Source: Nemertoderma westbladi (Eukaryota; Animalia; Xenacoelomorpha). Taken from it: DNA of 36,301 nucleotides. Of the stretch, positions 13,101 to 23,100 are shown one piece after another. Position 1 is the stretch's first letter. Every line of letters begins with the position of its first letter. The stretch is taken from contig JAUCBJ010001613.1 of NCBI GenBank assembly GCA_032718475.1, positions 1 through 36,301 of the forward strand, in the 5' to 3' direction. The notes under the pieces were generated by a model that worked only from the letters and a program-made list of their open reading frames with translations, did no database searches and was not told where the DNA came from. Position numbers and translations under genes: made by a program.

Positions 13101-13615
13101 TGACCAATATTCAAACCAGTAATGAATGCTAAAACCTTACCTGATCAATATGAGAACCAGTGATGAATGCTAAAACCTTATCTGATCAATATGAGAACCC
13201 GTAATGATTGTAAAAACCTTATCTGATCAATATGAGAACCAGTAATGAATGCTAAAAACCCTATCTGACCAATATTCGACCCAGTGATGAATGCTAAAGC
13301 TTTTATCTCACCAATATTCAAACCAATGATGAATGCTAAAACCTTATCTGATCAATATGAGAACCAGTAATGAATGCTAAAACCCTATCTGACCAATATT
13401 CGACCCAGTAATGAATGCTAAAACCTTATCTGATCAATATGAGAACCAGTAATGAATGCTAAAGCCCTATCTGACCAATATTCGACCCAGTAATGAATGC
13501 TAAAACCTTACCTGATCAATATGAGAACCAGTAATGAATGCTAAAACATTATCTAATTAATATGATAAGTGATGAATGTCAAAACCCTATCCGACAAATA
13601 TGGGAACCACTGATG
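10181..13615. repeat. 41-bp tandem satellite, right part; degenerates at about 13550-13615
   Basis: Same monomer as 1-4132. The block from 10181 matches the block from 2111 (offset 8070). Confidence 0.98.
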
Positions 13616-13727
13616 TTAAAAACAACAACATTTTTTTGGTATAACTATAAATAATAAAACAGACGTAGTATAAATTCTACAACATATTACTGCAAACCTA
13701 ATAATGTAGCAACTTAGTAAATACTAA

Positions 13728-14575
13728 TTAATGCAGGACGCCTAATTCGGGAGCGGCTTTTAATTGATTTGCCGCGGTAGAATTACAACAAAACAAGGTA
13801 ATACCGGATCGATTGTTAGTGGGAATTGTTACGTGGGTTACTAGTTCCCTCTCGGGCAAGAGATGTATGTAGGGATCTGTGGAAGCTACTGGCTTCAAAA
13901 ACTCCCGTAACACGTGGACAACCTGCCCGATTACGTTTAACGATAACCATCGATCGTCTAACTGTTTGTCGGTTACCAACTCGGTTAGATCCATCGAGTC
14001 TGTCCATCTGGAGACCACGTCGTCCCGTTTCACTAACAGCACAGAGTCCGAACACAGTTGGCGTTCTAGAACGGCCCACGATTGAGTTTCTAGGGGGTTA
14101 GTAAGGAAGGCTCTAGAGGGCCCCACGCCGTGGATCAGTTGGTGGTGCCACGCATCGGCCATCGGTGACGTAGCAACCTGGGGATTAAGCGTCGCTATGG
14201 GGACGCATCCACGCTGAATCCACGACGACAGCCATTCGAATAGATTCACGTCGCGTTTAGGAAACATGTGGAAGAAACGTCCGTAGACCCGCCCTCCGGT
14301 AGCCGTAGCAACCGCCTGTACGAGGTCGTCTGCGGTGGTGCCCGCTAGGCTCCGAGAGATTAGGTACCCCGGTACGGGCAACCGGTTCCCGCGACTCCGA
14401 AATGACACGAATTCCCGTAAATTCACGGCGATCCTGTATTCCAACGCTCTCAACAACAGCTGCACCGCTATTAGACCACAGGAGGAGGGCTCTGATTGGT
14501 CAATATTATTAGATATGGCTTCCTTTATCGACCAAACCATAGTGTGTGTGGAATCAATAGATGTATCACTTTCAT
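13728..14575 (-). CDS. Terminal coding exon of an uncharacterized protein with a putative papain-like (C39-like) cysteine-peptidase domain
   Basis: Long, more GC-rich ORF. Acceptor TTTGTTTTATTAG| just before 14575 (phase 1). Motifs DQSEPSSCG, WHHQLIHGV, LTNP. The ORF-track N-terminus 14576-14657 is intronic/MITE sequence. Confidence 0.8.
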
Positions 14576-14633
14576 CTAATAAAACAAATAAATATATTAA
14601 ATTATGTAAATGATACAGCTCCCTTCGTCGATA

Positions 14634-15042
14634 AGGGGATTGTATAAAGTATGTCACGCACTAGGTGGGTGGGGGTCCGAGCTTGCGTGACATTTTGTGA
14701 CGGTCACGGCGATGTTAGCTTGACTTTGACATGACACATTTCTAGATGAATGGGTAACTTTAAGGAAAAAACAATAAACTAATGGACATTGGGTTTAATC
14801 GATAAATTGAGGAGGACATAGAAGCCATTGACCCCGACAATGTAATACCTGTTATTATTTAGATGAACACTTGACTTGCCAATAGGAAAATGTAGGTGAT
14901 TGAATTTCTATGGTATGTTGCCATAACAAACATTGTGTATTATTGACATTAAATATTTTTGTCTTGGGGGGGCGGGGGGGGGGGGGGGGTTGTCAAAAAT
15001 CGGGAAAACTTGCGTGACATCTGGATATACTTTATGAACCTA
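14634..15042. mobile_element. Degenerate MITE (TIR element) in the intron
   Basis: ATAAAGTATGTCACGCA (14644-14660) is the inverted complement of TGCGTGACAT[ctggatat]ACTTTAT (15011-15035). Internal G-tract. Superfamily not assignable. Confidence 0.55.
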
Positions 15043-15717
15043 ATTAAAGTTTAGATTTTCGAATAAAATTACTGGCCCTTTATTATAACGGTCGGTACAT
15101 AACAATCATCGATCCCAGGTTTCTCAAAAGAGTATATTACAAGAAAGTAGATAATTGTACTACTTATTTTGGTTAATTAAAATGATCTAGTACAGGTAGG
15201 CTTTATGTCAATGTCAAACTTTAAAAATAATAACATGTAACATGCATAAAATTCTAAAAAAGTAAGGAAATTGCTAAGAAGCTCAAAGTGGGGCGAATGT
15301 GAAAATAATCAAAGGCGCCTCGAATAAAACGCATATTATTATGAGTTCCATATCACCATGGCAACAGAGACCATTTACAAAACCACCATTTTGCATTTTA
15401 CAGGCTTGTAGTATCTCTGACCGTCAGTCAGACAGACAGACACACACCCCAAAAGTCCAAAGCGCACACCTTGACTCTCTAAGGTATATAATGTACACGA
15501 GTGGGGCCTTCGCGCAGCAGAAGCTGCATGCCTTCTTAGCCTAGCGAACAATTATAATTATACTATGGCCAGTTATATTCTAATATTTTGATATTGGCTT
15601 CCGACACGCGACACACAGCTGTCAGCCACACACAGACTTTTAGGAAACGCACATAGTAGTATAATTATAACAGTTCGCGGATGGCTCGCAATTCTGACTC
15701 GCCCCACATGGATTTAC

Positions 15718-16291
15718 CTTCGACGTTTACGGTATCTCCTCCTCCGCCTCTACGTTTATTACAATGCGTCCGACGAGTTATAGAAGATTCCTCCAAGTCC
15801 GTATCGAAACACATACAGTTCTTCTTAACGGTTTGTTGACGGAATAACAAACGACTTTTATTACTGCCCAAATGGGTAACGTCGTAAAAGTTTCTTATTA
15901 AATCATTATGATGGATCAATGATGGCACCGCTACCGGTAGAGTGGGCGTTACGTCATTGTGTCCGGTAGAACTGTAGCTCGGTACGAATGATACGTTATC
16001 ATTACCGGATATCAGCTGAACAGGACAAACCGGAATGGTGGAGCTGGTGCTGGAAGTACCCGGTTCATTAACATCAATGTCCACCGGTATTGGTACGTTG
16101 TTATTAGATGAGGAACGTTCCACGGGTGGAGGAATGTCGGCAGCCTCGTTGTCCGAATCGGAACTGTTCTCAGAGTCGTCCACAACTCTGAGTCTTAGAA
16201 ACCGTTCGTGGCGGTCCAAATCGAGATCTATATGATCTATTGGATCGTTAGTGTTCGATGAATGACGATCTATGGGTGAATCACGTTCCAT
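15718..16291 (-). CDS. First coding exon of the same gene (acidic, Ser/Pro/Asn-rich, probably disordered N-terminus)
   Basis: ATG at 16291 (GCGATGG). Donor AAG|GTAAAT after 15718. 574 nt = phase 1, matching the acceptor at 14575; spliced CDS 1422 nt = 473 aa + stop. Confidence 0.68.
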
Positions 16292-17754
16292 CGCTCGCTT
16301 TATCTTGCTAGTTTCAGAGTTTGTCGTCTCACAATTAATGGAATACGGTATTTCAAACTGTAATCCTATTCCCTGACTGCCTGAGCGCTGAGCTGCTGAG
16401 CATCAACAGTTCCAACTTCCAACATGAACAACTAACTACACTATGTACGGTACCGGTACTGATGTACTACAACTATACTATATACTATACTATATACACT
16501 ACACTATGTACGGTCTGACGGTACTGATGCACTAGGAAGGGCTGGGTTCAATCTTCAGATCTTAGCCCGCGTCACCCTTCGCCTGATCAGCCGATTGGCA
16601 GATTGGGTGGGGGGGGGGGGGGGGGGGGGGAGCAGGTTACAGACACGATAGGTTACAGAGACGAATTTTTCTAACCAAAACAATAAACGAGGTTGATAAC
16701 ACTCATTTTAGGGCAAAGATTGCGCACGGGCTGACGGGCGAAGCTTTCTCGTGGGCGAAGTTTGCTGCGTCCCCGAGGAAGGGCATTAGGAGGTCTACTA
16801 CAGTAGGCCTACTACCTGACTACGGTACTGGCGGCAGCTGAGTCCAGTGAGTGTGCAGTGAGTGGCTGCAGTCTGGCAGCGGGTGCATCCGGGTGTTTGA
16901 AAAAGGCGGACCCATAGGCAGATAGGGGTATAACTTTTCGCCGTGTCCGTATGCATTTGCCGTATCCGTATGTTGTATGTACATACGCGTATGTGCCGTA
17001 TGTAATGGATTCCTATGGAGAATAATCCGTATGTGATTTTAGAGATTAGGCATTGCGGACCAGTAAGAAGTGCACAACACACACAGCACATGCAGACTGA
17101 AGACAGGTAGGCCTACTTAAAGCTAAGTGATTTAAAGAGTGTGGCTGCCGCTACCTTATGTCAAATAAACAATGCAGGACAGGTCCAGGATGAGTGACAG
17201 CCGGTGTCACAGCCACCGGGTGCCGGGATGCGCCAGCAGTGCAGTAGGCCTACCTATTAACCAGTTAACTCTTCTTGACGCCGCTTGGAAAACTAACCAA
17301 CCGTGATTTATTTTTGAACTGTTTTTCCACCAACCTGGCTATAGAATGTTGTTGGTTGCTACAGTACTGCAGTATATGCACTAACATAGTATAGACTGAT
17401 AGAAGCAGCAATGAGAATGCTAAAGGGAATAACATTCGCACAGATATTGAAAACCGTCGTGTCAGTTTGTCCTTCTTTGTGAATTTATTAACATATAATA
17501 CAGTAATACCTTTACTTTCGCCGTTTCGGGGCCAGTATTTAGATAACCATAGCACAGTAGCAGGCCCTATGCAGCCAAGTGCCAACAAGACCAACCTAGT
17601 GTCAGTTAGTCAAACCACGTGTCAGCGAGTGCAACCGGGTGCCAGTAATTAATCTAAGTCCAACCGGGCGGCCAGGTGTCAGTTAGTACAATAAAACAAG
17701 CGCTGTGGCGCATCCCGGGACTGAAGGATATCATCTGTCACTCATCCTGGACCT

Positions 17755-19281
17755 ACTGTACACGTTCGTGGGGACTTCGCGCAGCACGAGGCCTAGTTAT
17801 TATATACAAATTAAAATGCAGCGACTGTATCACAAAATCAGGTTTTGAGAAATTTACCCACACCACCAATCAATCAAAGAAAGGTGGACAGTACGTGTTC
17901 ACCCCTTTTAATCTCCCCCCCCCCCCCCCCCCCACCCTTCCCAACCACCAATACATAACCGCGACATCTACCACCCACGGAAGGGTAGCACGAACTTATT
18001 TCCAATCGCACGTTAAATATGCAAAGCCAGGTGGTTTTCATTATAAGCCTCTTTGCGTTCGTCCTGTTTTGTATTTAAATATATTTCTTAAACGCAAGCT
18101 AGGACGATCTTTATAATAATAATAACTAGGGATGCGATCAATATGTGAAGCCAGGTGGTTTATATAATAATTTAGTCAACGCAGTACTCGTCTTCATTAT
18201 ATGCCTCGTTGCGCTCGTCGCTTGTCCTGTTTTGTCATAAAATATTTTTCCTAAACGCAGACTGACGATCTTTATACAGTTATAACTATGCGAAGTTTCG
18301 AAACTGTGCGAGTAACTGTTGATACATCTATGTGGAGATGTGTGATATGTGGAGATGTGTGATACAACGCCAACGCATCTTATGCCGATGTAGTAATATG
18401 GGTATTGAAATAATATTAAATCAATGTACACTCTTAAAGCTGCAGCGAAAAAATGTAGCTAATTTCCTAGGTTACATATAAAATAATAATATTATTTTTA
18501 AGAACATTAATTTTACTACTTTGCAAAAATTCAATTAAAAAATAACCAGACATATACATTGTGGAATAAACTATTTCAGAAGCCTACAACAGCCATGCCA
18601 TGGATTGTATTTATGTTATTATATCTGTCATTTAACTGAGATAGCAATAGTAGTAATAGTCGAACGGTTATGCGGCCCGTCCAGCCTATAATAAACACAA
18701 TTCAGTGATTGGGCTGGAATAGCAATACTGGTTGCCTCTATTACAATTCCTCTCAGGTTAGTCTACAGCCACAACTCCCAGCAGCTAGCTCCACACCAGC
18801 AGAGACTTGACCAATAATGGGAAGGATTAAATTTGTACTCAATAATTGTGCGGTTTAATTACGTTTAGATCAATTAAAGACACATTTATTAAAGCAAATC
18901 ACTTAAACTAATTAAAAACTATAATAGAATGGCGTATGGGGATTATATCTGTATAATTTTTAAGTATAATTATTTAAATCTTATACTGTAAAACAATTAA
19001 TTTCCTTTAAAAGGCAGGTTGAAAATGGCGTTTTCACCGCAATCAACTTAATTAACTAATTAACTGCTATTATCTTAGCTTCTCGAAGGCCACACGGAAA
19101 TTCTACTTGGAAAATTTCTAAACTTTTGCCAAACAACATGTGTACCAAGTTTGGATAGATTTCATCAAAGATTGGCCGAGTTATTAACGTTTAAAATTGA
19201 ACACGACAGAACGACAGAACGACAGGTTGATTAATGGTACCACTACGCTAAGGCTCACTCACTTCGTGGCTCGCCCCACAA
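17755..19281. mobile_element. Insertion(s) within the right TIR, possibly Helentron/HINE-like non-autonomous element(s)
   Basis: Interrupts an otherwise continuous TIR match. Has AACTAG-type ends (17792-17798 on minus, 18124 on plus), an (ACGACAGA)n microsatellite at ~19203-19225 and a GC-rich terminal GGCTCACTCACTTCGTGGCTCGCCCCAC. Family call is by resemblance only. Confidence 0.4.
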
Positions 19282-19309
19282 TGTTTATTTGACATAAGGT
19301 AGCGGCAGC

Positions 19310-19880
19310 ATGATGGGAAAGGCATGGGCAGCCTTGAATAGGCTTTCCAGGATTTGGAAGTCACCAAGAATTAATCGGACACTTAAGGTCCGATTATTTA
19401 GAGCAGCAGTAGTTCCAGTACTCCTCTATGGGAGTCCATGCTGGGCTCTAACTGCTGAGGACACCAAATCTCTGGATGGCACATTCACAAGAATGCTACG
19501 CCGGATTCATTGTGTCAAGTACAATGCACACATCTCCAACCAGACAATATATAACATTGGAGGTGTCTCATATTGGTTCCCCCAATCTTGACACTAGAAC
19601 AAAATCGCCTCCGCTTTGCAGGACATTGCTTTCGCCGTGAGGACCAGCCAGTGCATAATCTTGTACTTTGGCAGCCTCATGGAGTGAATAAGCATGGTGG
19701 ACAGCCCATGACTTTCTTGAGACGCATCTTAAAGGACACTGGCCTTGAAGATGCGGATGATCTAGCAAATGTCATGGGTGATAGGGAGTTGTGGCGGTGC
19801 AATTTTGTCGATAAGCCGGCACAGCATTCTTAAAAATGCAGCTGCAATGCAGCATGCCGATCCTAGTAGTAGTAGTAGTA
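19310..19880 (+). mobile_element. RTE-clade LINE 3' fragment (copy 1), frameshifted
   Basis: Encodes KVRLFRAAVVPVLLYGS...RLRFAGHCFRR...WQP (RTE-type ORF C-terminus). 2-bp insertion near 19571 relative to copy 2. (TAG)n tail at 19864-19880. TSD GTAGCGGCAGC / GTAACGGCAGC (19299-19309 / 19881-19891). Confidence 0.9.
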
Positions 19881-20116
19881 GTAACGGCAGCCACACTCTT
19901 TAAATCACTTAACTTTAAGTAGGCCTACCTGTCTTCAGTCTGCATGTGTGTTGTGCACTTCTTACTGGTCCGCAATGCCTAATCTTTAAAATCACATACG
20001 GATTATTCTCCATAGGAATCCATTACATACGCACATACGCGTATGTGCATACGGATACGGCAAATGCATACGGATACGGATACGGCGAAAAGTTATACCC
20101 GGACCCATAGCCTATG

Positions 20117-23100
20117 GGCGGACCCCAAGGATGTCAGATACTTTGCACACGGACCCAAACCCAAAGATGTCTCGGATATCAGCTGATATGATTTTGATTA
20201 TTTCAAATTTAAGGAAACCCATTTAGATAATCGGAATTTTTTGAAGCTTGACTGTCGGTAGACTATCTGGGACTGTTTTCTGACTGTTGGTGAGTTTTTC
20301 TGACTGCTGGTAGGTCTTTTTGACTGTTGTCCCATGACCTACTATAACTGTTATAGTAAGGTCATGGTTGTCCTCAATACAACAGTATTGTCCTTAATTA
20401 GACCTATCCGTAGATACGTTGACCACGGACCCAAAGGATCTCAGATACTTTGCACACGGACCCAAAGGATGCCAGATACTTTGCACACGGACCCAAAGGA
20501 TGTTAGATACATTGCACACGAACCCAAAGGTTGGCAGACATTGAACACGGATCCAAAGGATGCCAGATACTTTGCAAACGGACCCAAAGGATGTCAGATA
20601 CTCAGAACGGACCCAAAGGATGTCAGATACGTTGAACACGGATCCAAAGGATGTCAGATACTTGGCACACGGACCCAAAGGATGTTAGATACATTGCACA
20701 CGAACCCAAAGGTTGGCAGACATTGAACACGGATCCAAAGGATGCCAGATACTTTGCAAACGGACCCAAAGGATCTCAGATACTTTGCACACGGACCCAA
20801 AGGATGTTAGATACATTGCACACGAACCCAAAGGTTGGCAGACATTGAACACGGATCCAAAGGATGCCAGATACTTTGCAAACGGACCCAAAGGATGTCA
20901 GATACTCAGAACGGACCCAAAGGATGTCAGATACGTTGAACACGGATCCAAAGGATGTCAGATACTTGGCACACGGACCCAAAGGATGTCATATACTTTG
21001 TATACTGACCAATGGGATGTTAGATACATTGTACACGAAACCAAAGGTTGGCATACATATTGAACACGGACCCAAAGGATGCCAGATACTTTGCACACGG
21101 ACCCAAAGGATGTCAGATACTCAGAACGGACCCAAAGGATGTCAGATACGTTGAACACGGACCTAAAGGATGTCAGATACTTGGCACACGGACCAAAGGA
21201 TGTCAGATACTTTGACCACGGACCCAAAGGATGTCAGATACTTGGCACACGGACCCAAAGGATGCCAGATACTTTGACCACGGACCCAAAGGATGTCAGA
21301 TACTTGGCACACGGACCCAAAGGATGTCATATACTTTGCACACGGACCCAAAGGATGTTAGATACATTGCACACGAACCCAAAGGTTGGCAGACATATTG
21401 AACACGGACCCAAAGGATGTCAGATTCTCATAACGGACCCACAAAGGATGTCAGATACGTTGAACACGGATCCAAAGGATGTCAGATACTTGGCACACGG
21501 ACCAAAGGATGCCAGATACTTTGCACACGGACCCAAAGGATGATAGATACTTTGCACACTGACCCAAAGGATGTCATATACTTTGCACACAGACCCAAAG
21601 GATGTCATATACTGTACTTTGCACACGGACCAATGGGATGTTAGATACATTGCACACGAACCCAAAGGTTGGCAGACATATTGAACACGGACCCAAAGGA
21701 TGTCAGATACTCAGAACGGACCCAAAGGATGTCAGATACGTTGAACACGGACCCAAAGGATTCAGATATTTGGCACACGGACGAAAGGATGCCAGATACT
21801 TTGACCACGGACCCAAAGGATGTCAGATACTTGGCACACGGACCAAAGGATGCCAGATACTTTGCACACGGACCCAAAGGATGTCAGATACGTTGAACAC
21901 GGACCCAAAGGATGTCAGATACTTTGACCACGGACCCAAGGGATGTCAGATACTTGGCACACGGACCCAAAGGATGTCAGATACTTTGCACACGGACCAA
22001 AGGATGCCATATACTTTGCACACGGACCCAAAGGATGTCAGATACGTTGACCAAGGACCCAAAGGATGCCAGATACTTTGCACACGGACCCAAATGATGT
22101 CAGATACTTTGGACACGGACCTAAGGGATGTCAGATACTTTGCACACGGACCCAAAGGATGTCATATACTTTGCACACGGACCCAAAGGATGTCAGATAC
22201 GTTGACCACGGACCCAAAGGATCTCAGATACTTGGCACACGGACCAAAGGATGCCAGATACATTGCACACGAACCCAAAGGTTGGCAGACATATTGAACA
22301 CGGACCCAAACGAAGGTAGATACGTTGAACACGGACCCAAAGTATGTCAGATACTCAGAACGGACCCAAAGGATGTCAGATACTTTCACACGTACCCAAA
22401 GGATCTCAGATACTTTGAACACGTACACAAAGGATGCCAGATACTCGACACACGGACCGAAAGGATGTCAGATACTCAGAACGGACCCAAAGGATGTCAG
22501 ATACTTTCACACGGACCCAAAGGATGTCAGATACTTTGCACACGGACCCAAAGGATGTCATATACTTTGCACACGGACCAAAGGATGCCATATACTTTGC
22601 ACACGGACCCAAAGGATGTCAGATACGTTGACCAAGGACCCAAAGGATGCCAGATACTTTGCACACGGACCCAAATGATGTCAGATACTTTGGACACGGA
22701 CCTAAGGGATGTCAGATACTTTGCACACGGACCCAAAGGATGTCATATACTTTGCACACGGACCAAAAGGATGTCAGATACGTTGACCACGGACCCAAAG
22801 GATCTCAGATACTTGGCACACGGACCCAAATGTTGGCAGATACTTTGGACACGGACCTAAGGGATGTCAGATACTTTGCACACGGACCCAAAGGATGCCA
22901 GATACTTTGCACACGGACCCAAATGATGTCAGATACTTTGGACACGGACCTAAGGGATGTCAGATACTTTGCACACGGACCCAAAGGATGTCATATACTT
23001 TGCACACGGACCAAAGGATGCCAGATACATTGCACACGAACCCAAAGGTTGGCAGACATATTGAACACGGACCCAAACGAAGGTAGATACGTTGAACACG

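Larger units (their letters stand above)
16913..20116. mobile_element. Non-autonomous long-TIR (foldback-like) DNA transposon, hAT- or P-superfamily type, with nested insertions
   Basis: Ends CATAGGC / GCCTATG; perfect 8-bp TSD GGCGGACC (16905-16912 / 20117-20124). Left arm 16913-~17240 matches in inverted orientation 17706-17754 + 19282-19309 + 19881-20116. Repeated subterminal CCGTATG motifs. No transposase ORF. Confidence 0.85.

Noticed and set aside
1-13615. CRISPR-like array next to a reverse transcriptase (CRISPR-RT, retron or DGR-like system)
   Set aside because: Monomers are head-to-tail with a few recurring variants and no unique spacers, and there are no cas genes. The RT is a standard eukaryotic APE-type LINE with a polyA tail and TSD.
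14576-14657. ORF-track N-terminus MTYFIQ... of the 309-aa ORF
   Set aside because: Non-ATG start inside a MITE end; it includes the polypyrimidine tract and AG acceptor.
17265-18431. Short ORFs inside the TIR element as transposase remnants
   Set aside because: No THAP, BED or DDE motifs are recognisable.
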